40,177 nt of DNA, taken from contig VFJJ01000197.1 in the NCBI GenBank assembly GCA_009886115.1, positions 1-40,177 on the forward strand. The letters run 5' to 3'. Position numbers and translations under genes: made by a program. Positions 27,218 to 37,158 of the stretch are shown one piece after another. This DNA comes from Actinomycetota bacterium. GTDB lineage: Bacteria; Actinomycetota; Acidimicrobiia; IMCC26256; VFJJ01. Numbering within the stretch: the stretch's first letter is position 1; the number at the start of each line of letters is the position of its first letter. The notes under the pieces were generated by a model. That model did no database searches, was not told where the DNA came from, and saw nothing but the letters and a program-made list of their open reading frames with translations.

Positions 27218-27340
27218 CGTCGACCGGACACCGAACCGACAGCGACCCCGGGCTCAGGTTCGGGACAGATCGGGCCGATACGGACGATCACGCACCATCT
27301 GTGCGATACCGTCGAGCTTGGCGTCAGGGAGGAGACCCGG

Positions 27341-28744
27341 ATGAGTCAGATCGGGATGCGGTCGGACGCGGTCGTGTTGTTCGGCGTCACCGGCGACCTC
27401 GCCTACAAGAAGCTGCTGCCGTCGCTGTACAGCCTGGCCGAGCGGGGTCGGCTCGGGGTGCCCGTCATCGGGGTCGCCCGCAGCGACTGGTCCGACGGCC
27501 AACTCCGTGAGCGGGCTGCGGCGGCGATCAACGAATCCGGGATCGCGATCGACGACCGGGTGATGCACGACTTCCTCCACACGATGACGTACGTCCGGGG
27601 CGGCTACGGCGAGTCGGCCCTCTACGAGCGCATCGACACCCGCCTCAAGGAGGTCGGGAGCAAGCATCCGTTGTTCTACCTGTCGATCCCGCCGTCGGTG
27701 TTCGACGAGGTCATTGGTGGCTTGGGCCGGGTGGGCCTGAACGAGCAGACCCGGGTGATCGTGGAGAAGCCGTTCGGCCGCGACCTTGCCACTGCGCTCG
27801 AGCTCAACCGGATCCTGCACGAGCATTTTTCGGAATCGGCGATCTATCGAATCGATCACTTCCTTGGTAAGGAGCCGGTCCAGAACCTGCTCGTCTTCCG
27901 TTTCGCGAACTCGCTCTTCGAGCCCATCTGGAATCGTCATCACATCCACAGCGTCCAGATCACCATGACCGAGAAGTTCGGGGTGGAAGGGCGGGGTGGC
28001 TTCTACGAAGAAGTCGGCGCGCTCCGCGATGTGGTGCAGAACCATCTGCTGGAGTTGATCACGATCTTGGCCATGGACCCGCCGGTCTCGGCCGACGCCA
28101 ACGCCTTGCGCGACAAGAAGGTCGAGGTCTTGAAGGCCATCCGTACGCTGCCGCCCGAGCGTGTCGTGCGGGGTCAGTACGTGGGATACCGCGACGAGGA
28201 AGGTGTCGATCCGCAGTCCGACATCGAGACCTACGTGGCGCTCGAGTTCGAGATCGATTCGTGGCGCTGGTCGGGCGTGCCGTTCCTCGTGCGTGCTGGT
28301 AAGGCCATGAAAGAAACCATCACCGAGGCGGTCGTGGAGTTCAAGGCCCCGCCGCGGCTGCTCTTCGGCGCGGCCGACGGCGCGCCCCCACCGAGCCAGT
28401 TGCGCTTTCACATCAAGCCCGATGACAAGACGGTGCTCACGCTCCAGGCCAAGGCGCCGGGCAGCGAGATGGTCACCCGTCCCGTCGACCTCGCGGTGAG
28501 CTATGAGGACAGCCTGGGCGAAGGTCCCGAGGCCTACGAGCAGTTGATCGACGACGCGATGGATGGCGACGCCCAACGCTTCGCCCGTCAGGACGCCGTC
28601 GAGGAGGCCTGGCGCATCGTCACGCCGGTGCTCGAGGACCCGCCCCCGGTGAAGCCGTACTGGAAGGGCTCGTGGGGCCCGGAGGAAGCCGCTCGGATCG
28701 CAGCCGGCATCGGTGGTTGGACCCCCTTCCACAGCGCGCACTGA
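27341..28744 (+). CDS. zwf: Glucose-6-phosphate 1-dehydrogenase
   Basis: FGVTGDLA, EKPFGRD, YRIDHFLGKE, RDVVQNHLL, RWSGVPF; RBS GGAGGAG. Confidence 0.97.
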   Translation: MSQIGMRSDAVVLFGVTGDLAYKKLLPSLYSLAERGRLGVPVIGVARSDWSDGQLRERAAAAINESGIAIDDRVMHDFLHTMTYVRGGYGESALYERIDTRLKEVGSKHPLFYLSIPPSVFDEVIGGLGRVGLNEQTRVIVEKPFGRDLATALELNRILHEHFSESAIYRIDHFLGKEPVQNLLVFRFANSLFEPIWNRHHIHSVQITMTEKFGVEGRGGFYEEVGALRDVVQNHLLELITILAMDPPVSADANALRDKKVEVLKAIRTLPPERVVRGQYVGYRDEEGVDPQSDIETYVALEFEIDSWRWSGVPFLVRAGKAMKETITEAVVEFKAPPRLLFGAADGAPPPSQLRFHIKPDDKTVLTLQAKAPGSEMVTRPVDLAVSYEDSLGEGPEAYEQLIDDAMDGDAQRFARQDAVEEAWRIVTPVLEDPPPVKPYWKGSWGPEEAARIAAGIGGWTPFHSAH

Positions 28745-28774
28745 CGCTGATCGCCTTGTCCCGCCAAGCCAACC

Positions 28775-28829
28775 CCCGTTCTTTGTGTCCAGAGCCGCGT
28801 CTGGCACCGTCCTGGACACAAAGAACGGG
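28775..28829. repeat. REP/MITE-like palindromic element, copy 2
   Basis: CCCGTTCTTTGTGTCCAG-N19-CTGGACACAAAGAACGGG, a perfect 18-bp inverted repeat; homologous to 8006-8056. Confidence 0.8.
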
Positions 28830-28859
28830 CACGGTTGCCGGCTGCTCGGCGTCGCCGCC

Positions 28860-31571
28860 ATGACCGACGCTGAACGGCGCAGGCTCTCCGAAGACCGGCT
28901 CGGGATCGCACCGTGGCGGCGCTGGGGGCCCTATGTCTCGCTCCGCCAGTGGGGCACGGTCCGTGAGGACTATTCCGAGCACGGCACGGCGTGGGAGTAC
29001 TTCCCGTTCGACGATGCCCGCTCGCGCGCCTACCGGTGGGGCGAGGACGGCCTGGCGGCGATCTGCGATCGCTGGCAGCACCTGTGCCTCGGTCTGGCGC
29101 TGTGGAACGGGCACGATCCGATCCTGAAGGAGCGGCTCTTCGGGCTGTCGAACCACGAGGGCAACCACGGCGAGGACGTGAAGGAGCTGTGGTGGCCCCT
29201 CGACGGGTTACCCACCCACGCATGGCATCGCTGGTGCTACCGCTATCCACAGCGTCGATTCCCCTACGAGCAGTTGCGGGACGAGAACGCTCGGCGCTCT
29301 CGGAGCGAGCCCGAGTTCGAGCTGGCCGACACCGGGATCTTCGACGACTCGCGGTTCTTCGACGTGGAGCTGGTGATGGCCAAGGTGTCGCCCAACGACC
29401 TGTGCCTGCGTTACGACATCACCAACCACGGCCCCGACGTCGCGGCGCTGCACGTGCTCCCGCAGGCGTGGTTCCGCAACACCTGGGCCTGGGGCCGCGA
29501 CGACCGCTATCCGAGCCTCCAGGCGATCGACGACCACACCGTGCTCGCCCGGCACGACACCCTCGGTCGGTTCCAGATCGCGTTCGACCCGGCGGTGCCG
29601 ATGGCCGGCGACGGCCTGCTGTTCACCGACAACGAGACCAACAGTGAGCGCCTCTGGGGATGGCCGTCGCGGACACCCTTCGTGAAGGACGCCTTCCACG
29701 ACCATGTGATCAGCGGCGCAGCAACCGTCAACCCGGAACGCCGAGGCACCAAGGCCGCGGCGTGGTATCGCCTGGAGATCCCGTCGGGAGCGACCGCGTC
29801 GATCAGGGTTCGGGTGCGTCCCGACCTCCCCGATCTCCCTGAGCCCAATGCGTTCGGCGCCGGATTCGGCGAGGTGTTCGCGCTGCGTCAGCGCGAGGCC
29901 GACGACTTCCATGCCGCGCTCGCCGGCGACGACATGCCCGCAGTCGAGAGCGTCGTGATGCGCCGCGCCGTCGCCGGGCTGCTGGCGACCAAGCAGTACT
30001 ACCACTTCCACGTCGAGGAGTGGCTGGACGGCGATCCGTCGCAGCCGGCTCCTCCCCCGGGTCGACGGACGCTGCGCAACGCCGACTGGACCCATCTGGC
30101 CAACACCGACATCGTGTCGATGCCCGACGGCTGGGAGTACCCCTGGTACGCCGCGTGGGACTTGGCGTTCCACATGATCCCGATGGCGTTCGTCGATCCC
30201 GACTTCGCCAAGGAGCAGCTCCTGCTCCTGTGTCGCGAGTGGTACATGCACCCGAACGGACAGTTACCGGCGTATGAATGGGCGCTGGGCGACGTGAATC
30301 CGCCGGTGCACGCCTGGGCGGCGTGGCGCGTCTACAAGATCGACGCCCGCAACTCGGGCGTCGCCGATCACGACTTCCTCCAGCGCGTGTTCCACAAGCT
30401 GTTGCTGAACTTCACGTGGTGGGTGAACCGCAAGGATGCCGACGGCCGCAACGTGTTCGAGGGTGGGTTCCTCGGCCTCGACAACATCTCGCTGTTCGAC
30501 CGCTCCAAGGCACTCCCGGCTGGGGGGCGACTCCATCAGGTCGACGCCACGGCCTGGATGGGCATGTTCTGCTTGAACATGCTGGCGATGGCCCTCGAGC
30601 TGGCCCGGACCGACCGCGCCTACGAGGACGTCGCCACCAAGTTCTTCGAGCATTTTCTCGCGATCGCCAACGCCTTGAACAGCGCCGGACCCAGTGGGGT
30701 GTCGTTGTGGGACGACGAGGACGGGTTCTTCTACGACGTGCTGTCGATCCCCGGGCGGGCGCCGATCCCCTTGAAGGTGCGCACGATCGTCGGGATCATC
30801 CCGCTGTTCGCCGTCGAGACCATCGAACCCGAGGTGCTCGAAGCGCTCCCCGACTTCGCGGCCCGCATGCGCTGGCTCATCAAGAACCGCCCCCGCTTGT
30901 GCGGCAACGTGTTCGACCTCGACCTGCCCGGACGGGGCCAGCGGCGGATGCTCTCGCTGATCGGCCCCGAGCGCCTCCGCCTGATCCTGAGCCGGACCCT
31001 GGCCGAGGACCGGTTCCTCTCGCCCTACGGCGTTCGGTCGTTGTCGAAGGCCCATTCGGAGCGTCCGGTACGGGTCGAGATCGACGGTGTCGTCCACGAG
31101 ATCACGTACGAGCCCGGCGAGTCGGCGAGCGGCACGTTCGGCGGGAACTCCAACTGGCGGGGCCCGGTCTGGTTCCCCATCAACTATCTGCTCATCGAGT
31201 CGCTGCAGAAGTTCGGGCTCTACTTCGGTGACGACTTCACCGTCGAGATGCCGACGGGCTCGGGCCGATTCATGGATCTCGACGGGGTCGCCGACGAGCT
31301 CTCGGACCGCCTCATCTCGCTCTTCGTCCCCGGCGCCGACGGGCGCCGTCCCCTCAACGGCGGCCGCGACCTCTACGACCAGGATCCCCTGTTCGCGCAG
31401 CACGTGCACTTCCCCGAGTACTTCCACGGCGACTCCGGTGCCGGCCTCGGCTCGAGCCATCAGACCGGCTGGACGGCCCTCGTGGCCAAGCTCATCCGCC
31501 AGCAATCCCGCCCCCGCAACGCCCCCGGCATCTCAGCCGAGAAGTTCCGCCAGCGCCGCGACGAACCCTGA
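28860..31571 (+). CDS. GH63/MGH1-like glycoside hydrolase (about 903 aa)
   Basis: WGPY.S.RQWGTVREDYS, RSRAYRWGEDG, SMPD.WEYPWYAAWDLAFH, GQLPAYEW, GGFLGLDNI, NSNWRGPVW, EYFHGD.GAGLG.SHQTGWT. Confidence 0.92.
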   Translation: MTDAERRRLSEDRLGIAPWRRWGPYVSLRQWGTVREDYSEHGTAWEYFPFDDARSRAYRWGEDGLAAICDRWQHLCLGLALWNGHDPILKERLFGLSNHEGNHGEDVKELWWPLDGLPTHAWHRWCYRYPQRRFPYEQLRDENARRSRSEPEFELADTGIFDDSRFFDVELVMAKVSPNDLCLRYDITNHGPDVAALHVLPQAWFRNTWAWGRDDRYPSLQAIDDHTVLARHDTLGRFQIAFDPAVPMAGDGLLFTDNETNSERLWGWPSRTPFVKDAFHDHVISGAATVNPERRGTKAAAWYRLEIPSGATASIRVRVRPDLPDLPEPNAFGAGFGEVFALRQREADDFHAALAGDDMPAVESVVMRRAVAGLLATKQYYHFHVEEWLDGDPSQPAPPPGRRTLRNADWTHLANTDIVSMPDGWEYPWYAAWDLAFHMIPMAFVDPDFAKEQLLLLCREWYMHPNGQLPAYEWALGDVNPPVHAWAAWRVYKIDARNSGVADHDFLQRVFHKLLLNFTWWVNRKDADGRNVFEGGFLGLDNISLFDRSKALPAGGRLHQVDATAWMGMFCLNMLAMALELARTDRAYEDVATKFFEHFLAIANALNSAGPSGVSLWDDEDGFFYDVLSIPGRAPIPLKVRTIVGIIPLFAVETIEPEVLEALPDFAARMRWLIKNRPRLCGNVFDLDLPGRGQRRMLSLIGPERLRLILSRTLAEDRFLSPYGVRSLSKAHSERPVRVEIDGVVHEITYEPGESASGTFGGNSNWRGPVWFPINYLLIESLQKFGLYFGDDFTVEMPTGSGRFMDLDGVADELSDRLISLFVPGADGRRPLNGGRDLYDQDPLFAQHVHFPEYFHGDSGAGLGSSHQTGWTALVAKLIRQQSRPRNAPGISAEKFRQRRDEP

Positions 31572-31610
31572 GCTCTCGGTAGACCCGAGCACTTCGGCGG
31601 GTACCCGTCG

Positions 31611-31740
31611 CGCGCCGGGTTGTTGACCGAGGAGGTCGTTCCCGCGGTTCCCGCGCCCGTGTTGGCTGAAGCGTGGCGGGGCTGGGGTCGCCAGGCGAGC
31701 CTGGCCCGCTTCCTGGCTCTGTGCGCGATCGAGCGACGCA
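31611..31740 (+). pseudogene. Internal remnant of a PIN-domain (VapC-like) gene
   Basis: RAGLLTEEVVPAVPAPVLAEAWRGWGRQASLARFLALCAIE resembles the middle of actinobacterial PIN proteins (VPA.VLAEAWRG..RQA.L); both termini are missing. Confidence 0.55.
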
Positions 31741-31832
31741 CGCTTCATGACTTCGATCTGCTCGCCGCGCCGGGCCCTTTCGGTCGACCTCTCACCTCAC
31801 TGTGAGGAAAACAGCGAGCGATCGATGCCCGG

Positions 31833-32510
31833 TCAGCGGCCGGGGGCGCGGCTGCGGACCATGGCCCGGGCGAGGGCCTGGTCGAGCAGCACGAGCACGG
31901 TGTCCTTCACGGCGTCCTTGGCCCGAGCGTCGGTGGTGACGATCGGAACCTCGGGGCTCAGGTCGAGCGCCTCGCGGATGTCGTCGAGCTCGTGGGCGAG
32001 TCGTCCGTCGAAGCGGTTCACGGCGACCACGAACGGGAGGTCGCGGTGCTCGAAGTAGTCGACGGCCGGGAAGCAGTCGTCGATGCGCCGGGTGTCGACC
32101 AGCACGATGGCGCCGAGCGCACCCGTGATGAGGTCGTCCCACATGAACCCGAAGCGGTCCTGGCCGGGCGTGCCGAAGATGTAGAGGATGATGGAGCGGT
32201 CGATCGTGACCCGTCCGAAGTCCATGGCGACGGTGGTCGTGGTCTTGGTGGTGACGTCGCCGCGATCGTCGATCTCGGCCCCGAGGCTGGTCATGGCGGC
32301 TTCGGTGGTGAGCGGGGGGATCTCGGAGATCGCCCCGACCATGGTGGTCTTGCCCACGCCGAATCCGCCGGCCACCACGATCTTCACCGGGATCGGCTGC
32401 GCGCGGTCCCCCGCTGATCGCGCGATGGCGCCCGCCGCAACAGTCGGGCCTGCCGAAGCAGGAGCCGGAGTCGCTGGAGTGGCCGGAGTTTCAGAGCGAG
32501 CGAACGCCAT
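31833..32510 (-). CDS. Conservon small GTPase (CvnD/MglA-like ATP/GTP-binding protein)
   Basis: GGFGVGKTT P-loop, TTTVAMDFG, FGTPGQDRF, NRFD, DAR. Confidence 0.93.
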   Translation of the reverse strand: MAFARSETPATPATPAPASAGPTVAAGAIARSAGDRAQPIPVKIVVAGGFGVGKTTMVGAISEIPPLTTEAAMTSLGAEIDDRGDVTTKTTTTVAMDFGRVTIDRSIILYIFGTPGQDRFGFMWDDLITGALGAIVLVDTRRIDDCFPAVDYFEHRDLPFVVAVNRFDGRLAHELDDIREALDLSPEVPIVTTDARAKDAVKDTVLVLLDQALARAMVRSRAPGR

Positions 32511-32928
32511 CAATCAACCTCTTGATCAGCTCGACATCGTCGGTCGGGGCGACCAACGGGATGCTCCGGTCGAGGTACCCGGCAGTGATGAGATCTCCGC
32601 AGAGCACCCGGGCCACCGTGATCGGGATCTTCATCGCTGCCGAGATCTCGGCCACCGACACGGGCTCGGACGCCAGTCGGGTGATGTCGGCGAGCTCGAA
32701 CGCCAGCCTCGGCGAGGCTGATCGTCCGGCGTCGGTCGCCGAGACGATCGTCTCGAAGGCGATGTCCTGGTCGGTGCGAGTACGCCCCCGGGTCAAGAAG
32801 AACGGTCGGACGGGATCGTCGTCCTCGAGCACGTCGCACGGTGGGGCGGGCGGCGTGAGGGAGCGCGACTCGAGGAGCCTTTCACGGCCGTCGAGCGCAG
32901 CGCGATCGGTCCGAAATCTCGGGCTCAC
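32491..32928 (-). CDS. DUF742 protein (CvnC-like)
   Basis: VRPFFLTRGRT, SVAEISA.M.IP..VARVL.GDL, and L.RLIDGVRSL at the C-terminus; position in the conservon. Confidence 0.9.
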   Translation of the reverse strand: MSPRFRTDRAALDGRERLLESRSLTPPAPPCDVLEDDDPVRPFFLTRGRTRTDQDIAFETIVSATDAGRSASPRLAFELADITRLASEPVSVAEISAAMKIPITVARVLCGDLITAGYLDRSIPLVAPTDDVELIKRLIDGVRSL

Positions 32929-33350
32929 AGCTGCAGGCTGTTCTTCAACTCGGTGACGAGTGCGGGGGTGAGCTGCGCGCCGACCCTCTCGATGAGAAGG
33001 GTCATCTCATAGCCGACGAGCCCGAGCTCGCACGTCTTCTCGGTGGTCACGGCGAGGGCCGATCCGCCGTTGATCGAGGCAACGAAGAGGTAGCCCCGAT
33101 ACATCTCGACGATGATCTGGCTCAGCCCACCGCGGCCCATGATCCGGGAAGCCCCGTCGGCGAGACTCCGCATCCCTGAGACGATGGCGGCGAGCTTGTC
33201 GGCTGAACCCCGCTCCATGGTGGACGAGATGGCCATGAGCAGTCCGTCGCCGGACACGGCGATCGCCTGTTCGACGCCGACGGTGTTGTCGACGAAGCTC
33301 GACAAGAGCCAGTTGAAGTTCTGGGCGCCGGTACTGAGGGTCGTGGTCAC
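32925..33350 (-). CDS. Roadblock/LC7 protein (CvnB/MglB-like)
   Basis: NWLLSSFV, VSGDGLL, LAAIVSG..SLA.GA, GLVGYEM.LL; GTG start at 33350. Confidence 0.92.
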   Translation of the reverse strand: MTTTLSTGAQNFNWLLSSFVDNTVGVEQAIAVSGDGLLMAISSTMERGSADKLAAIVSGMRSLADGASRIMGRGGLSQIIVEMYRGYLFVASINGGSALAVTTEKTCELGLVGYEMTLLIERVGAQLTPALVTELKNSLQL

Positions 33351-33432
33351 TGTCGCTGCCCTTCCGTGTCCCGTGCCTGATCCGCTCGAGAGCTGTCGCC
33401 GGCGAGACGCGGTTGCGAGCGTTGACACGACC

Positions 33433-35643
33433 TCATGATCCGGGCTCCGCGTCTCTGATCGCGTCGTGCACGCCCGACTGGAAGCTCGAGAGGCGTGCCT
33501 TGACGTCATCGGCCGTCGCCACCGGGATGCCTTCGGTTCGCTCGGGCACCGGGCCCGTGTCGGGAAGTTGCGCGCCGCGGACCCTTCGCCGCAACCCTGA
33601 GGCACCCAGGGTACCCGCCGTTCGCGCTCCTACCGGCTCGAGGGCTGGGGTCGGGCCTGGGGCTGCGGCGGCCTCGGCCTCAGCGGCGAGATCGTGTTCG
33701 GTCTCGCGAGCCATGGTCACACCGGCCTGGAAGCTGGCGAGTGAGGTACGGGTCTCGTCCGGAGATCGCTGCTCGGCCGGGCCGGTCTCCAGCTCCTTCG
33801 AGACGATGTCTCCCAGGTGTGCACCCCGGACCCGGCGCTGGAGCCGGGGAGGACCGGCGTCGTCGAACTCGGGGTGCTGCGTCGCGGGGTGCTGCGCCGA
33901 GACGGGGCTCGGAGCGGGCGGGGCGGGCGCGGCGGCGAACGTCGGCTGCGGCAACGGGGGCAGTGGTGGCACCGGCTCGGAGACGTAGGTGGGTCGCGGC
34001 GCGAGCGGGGCACTGATCCGGAGGGCGGTGTTCGACGGCTCACCCGGATCGAGTTGGGACTCCACGTCGATCTCCACGATCGCCAACGGAAGCTCGACCT
34101 GCACGGTCAGACCGTCGGCACCGGAATCGACGAACGTCGCTCTGATGCCGTGCCTGGCTGCGAGACGCCCCACCACGTAGAGGCCCAGGACCTTGGTGGG
34201 AGCCAGGTCGAGACGAGCCACCTCGTCCAGGCGCCGGTTGGCCTCCGCGAGCTCGGGCGGCGACATCCCGATGCCCTGGTCGATCACCGTGATGACGTAG
34301 CCGTGATCGGCCTTTCGCCCGACCACACGCACTCGGCTGGTCGGGGGGGAGAAGACCGTGGCGTTCTCGATGAGCTCTGCGAGCAGATGGGCGACATCGG
34401 CGATGGCATTGCCCCTGACCCGGGCAGGCTCGATGTCGTGGAACTCCACCCGGTCGTACGACTCGATCTCCGACAGCGCCGCTCGGACGACGTTGCCGAG
34501 CTCGACGGGCTTCGTCCACGTGCGAGCAGGCTCCGATCCGGCGAGCACGAGGAGGCTCTCGGCGTTGCGACGCATGCGGGTGGTCAGGTGGTCGAGGCGG
34601 AAGAGGTCGTCGAGGGTCTCGGGATCCCGCTCGGTTCGTTCGAGCTCGGAGATGAACGACAGCGTGCGATTGAGCAGGCTCTGGTTGCGGCGACCCAGGT
34701 TCACGAACATCTCGGCGACGTTGCGGCGTATGCGGGCCTGTTCCGACGCGAGCTTGACGGCCGTCTGCTGCACGGTGTTGAACGCAGCCGCGAGGTCGGC
34801 GAGCTCATCGGAGCTGTCGACACCGAACTCGTCGAGCCCCGGGATCGCGAGCGCATCGTCGTCGGCCCCCATGTTCTGGATGGCGTACACCACCCTGGGG
34901 AGCTCCTCCTCTGCCGCACGGTACGCCGCAGCCGTGAGCTGCTTGACGGGACGACTGATCGCCCTGATCACGGCGACCCCGAGGGCGACGGCCAACACGA
35001 TGATCGCTCCGAGGACGATGGCCAGAATGGTGAGGCGGGATCGGATCAGGTCGCGGGCGTCGGACTCCTGGGCCGCGAGCTCCTGGCGTGCCAGGGTGAC
35101 GACCTGATCGATCAAGCGCTGGTGCTCTTCGAAGCTGGGCCTGACCTCGTTGTTGAGGATGGTGATCGCGGCATTGAGATCCCTGGTGGCCACGGCCGGA
35201 AGGAATCGCTCGTCGACGGCGACGAAGAACTCGACACCGGAGCTCCACGACAGGTCGAGGAACAGCGTGCGGAGCTCTTCGTCGTCGAGCGCGGTCTGCC
35301 AATAGTCATGGCGCTCATCGAAGCTGGCCCGTCCGGCCGAGATGGCTTCGATGGAGCGGGCGATGTTGAGATCGGACTGTTCGGCCGTCCCGATCCCGGC
35401 CGAGAGCGAGGACAGTTCGTTGGCGATCTGGTTCGCCGCCAGGTAGCTCTCGACCGCATAGCTCGGTGGCGGGAGAACGTCGGCGATGAGCTCGTTGGTC
35501 TCGGCGAGGTCCTGGTACTTGTCACCGTTGATCCGCACGGCTTCGAACGTCGGCCAGGCGACCGCGGCTGCGCCCACGATCGCCACGAGCGGCACGGCGA
35601 TCACCAACGCCAGCTTGGTTCCGATGTTCAGCCTGCGAAGCAT
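33433..35643 (-). CDS. Conservon membrane sensor kinase (CvnA-like): 2 TM, extracytoplasmic sensor, HAMP, HATPase
   Basis: LFRLDHLTTRMRRNAESLLVLAG, HLLAELIENATVFSPP, DQGIGM, LGLYVVGRLA, and a Pro-rich tail with LQRRVRGA repeats; RBS AGGGAG. Confidence 0.92.
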   Translation of the reverse strand: MLRRLNIGTKLALVIAVPLVAIVGAAAVAWPTFEAVRINGDKYQDLAETNELIADVLPPPSYAVESYLAANQIANELSSLSAGIGTAEQSDLNIARSIEAISAGRASFDERHDYWQTALDDEELRTLFLDLSWSSGVEFFVAVDERFLPAVATRDLNAAITILNNEVRPSFEEHQRLIDQVVTLARQELAAQESDARDLIRSRLTILAIVLGAIIVLAVALGVAVIRAISRPVKQLTAAAYRAAEEELPRVVYAIQNMGADDDALAIPGLDEFGVDSSDELADLAAAFNTVQQTAVKLASEQARIRRNVAEMFVNLGRRNQSLLNRTLSFISELERTERDPETLDDLFRLDHLTTRMRRNAESLLVLAGSEPARTWTKPVELGNVVRAALSEIESYDRVEFHDIEPARVRGNAIADVAHLLAELIENATVFSPPTSRVRVVGRKADHGYVITVIDQGIGMSPPELAEANRRLDEVARLDLAPTKVLGLYVVGRLAARHGIRATFVDSGADGLTVQVELPLAIVEIDVESQLDPGEPSNTALRISAPLAPRPTYVSEPVPPLPPLPQPTFAAAPAPPAPSPVSAQHPATQHPEFDDAGPPRLQRRVRGAHLGDIVSKELETGPAEQRSPDETRTSLASFQAGVTMARETEHDLAAEAEAAAAPGPTPALEPVGARTAGTLGASGLRRRVRGAQLPDTGPVPERTEGIPVATADDVKARLSSFQSGVHDAIRDAEPGS

Positions 35644-35803
35644 CGAGCTCTCCCTACCGGCGCTGGCACCGACGAGGCGCCCCGTTTGATGCCTGACTCC
35701 CAGCACGCTCCAGGGAGGGCGCGGGCTCCAGCGATGGGCGCCTCGGTGCCCGCCACTGAGGATGCATCGGCACGGGGTGGTCTCACTGAAGTGCTCGGTC
35801 CTC

Positions 35804-36964
35804 TCACGTCGACGACCATTCTTCGGTCGGGCTCGGATGGACGGCGCCTTGTCCGACACCTGAAGTCTTGCTCGCTTCGGGTCGAGGTACGTACGCGCCC
35901 GCGGTCGGGTCGAGGCGTCGGGCCCAGGCCTTCACCACGTTCTGGTCGCTCAACACGACCACCCGTGCCGAGGACGCACGCCCGGCGATCCAGTCGAGCA
36001 AGCGTCGCACGACATCCGAGGGTAGGGCCCGCAGGGCGTGGTCGACGAGCACTGGTCGATCGCCGATGACCGACTCCAGGCAGGCCTTGGCCTCCTCGAA
36101 CGACGCCGCCAGGTTGACCGGAGCCGCCTCCGGATCCGGCTCGGTTCCCTCGGGCTCGGGTGGGGCGGAGACGATGCCCTCGAGTCGCTCGACCAGCTCA
36201 TGGTCACCGAGGTTCAACGCGGCCACGCCGGCTCCGAGCAAGCGCTCCGTTCGAGCTCGGAGGCTCGCCCGTGCGGCTTCGCGCTCGCTTCGGCGCGCGC
36301 TGGCATCGCTCATCACCTTCACGAGCTCGCGCTGGGACTCCTCGATCTCGTCAACGGCTTCGCGGAGGCGCTCCCTGGCTCTGCTGTCGACGGCGGCGGA
36401 AGCGCTGGTGAGGACGAAGTCCTCGTACGTGCTGAACCCGAGCCCAGCGAGCAGCTCCTTGAGCTCGACGCGGGCATGCTCGCGTCGCCGCCGGCCCCCG
36501 GTGTCGATCTTGCGCCGACCCGCTGTCTCGTCGTGCCCGAGGGCACGGTCGTGGGCTGTGTCGATGGCCCGACGGACCTCGGGCGAGAACAGGTCCGATC
36601 CGGTGTTGCGATTGGCGAGCTCGACCGCCTCGTTGGCCCGCGTCACACGATCCTGCGCAGCGTTCACCTCGGCGTCGTCTTCGTCGGAGTCGACGGTCCC
36701 GGCGAGGTCGTGCCAGCTGGAGAGCAGTGCGGCGGCGATCGACGGGTCGAAGCCGACCACCTGCAGCGGGGTCCGGAACTCGGGGAGCAGGGCCTGGTCC
36801 GACACGGCGGCTCGGAGGTCGGCGAGCTTGATGATCGCGACGTCTGCACCCAACGCTCGGGCGACGGCGTCTCCGAGACGGCCGGATCGGTCCCGGACAT
36901 CCTCGATCACCGTCAGGCGCTCGTGCAGGACGAGCGTCGAACCCAGATCACGTTCGAGTGTCAT
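35804..36964 (-). CDS. Coiled-coil protein with a degenerate SMC/ABC-ATPase-like C-terminal segment
   Basis: Long E/R/A-rich helical stretches; C-terminal PVLVDHALRAL...LLDWI...VVVLSD...AWA resembles a Walker B/D-loop/H-loop region; no Walker A. Confidence 0.6.
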   Translation of the reverse strand: MTLERDLGSTLVLHERLTVIEDVRDRSGRLGDAVARALGADVAIIKLADLRAAVSDQALLPEFRTPLQVVGFDPSIAAALLSSWHDLAGTVDSDEDDAEVNAAQDRVTRANEAVELANRNTGSDLFSPEVRRAIDTAHDRALGHDETAGRRKIDTGGRRRREHARVELKELLAGLGFSTYEDFVLTSASAAVDSRARERLREAVDEIEESQRELVKVMSDASARRSEREAARASLRARTERLLGAGVAALNLGDHELVERLEGIVSAPPEPEGTEPDPEAAPVNLAASFEEAKACLESVIGDRPVLVDHALRALPSDVVRRLLDWIAGRASSARVVVLSDQNVVKAWARRLDPTAGAYVPRPEASKTSGVGQGAVHPSPTEEWSST

Positions 36965-37158
36965 GTCAGGCGATCCCAACACGTGTGGCCGCTCCCCGTC
37001 GATACCCCGCAGTGATACCGCGCACGTCGTTCGTCAGCCCTGAAATCGGTCGAGGTCGTCGACGCCTTGAGCACGTTGCGCCGCTTCGGCCCGGTCCGAT
37101 CCGTCGGCTTCGTCGGACCTGCGCGGTATCGCGCCTCCGAGCGATATCGTGAGCGTCG

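Noticed and set aside
27257..27310. Imperfect inverted repeat GGTTCGGGACAGAT-N26-ATCTGTGCGATACC upstream of zwf
   Set aside because: Similar size to the REP-like elements but with several mismatches and different arm sequence; may be a decayed relative but cannot be supported.
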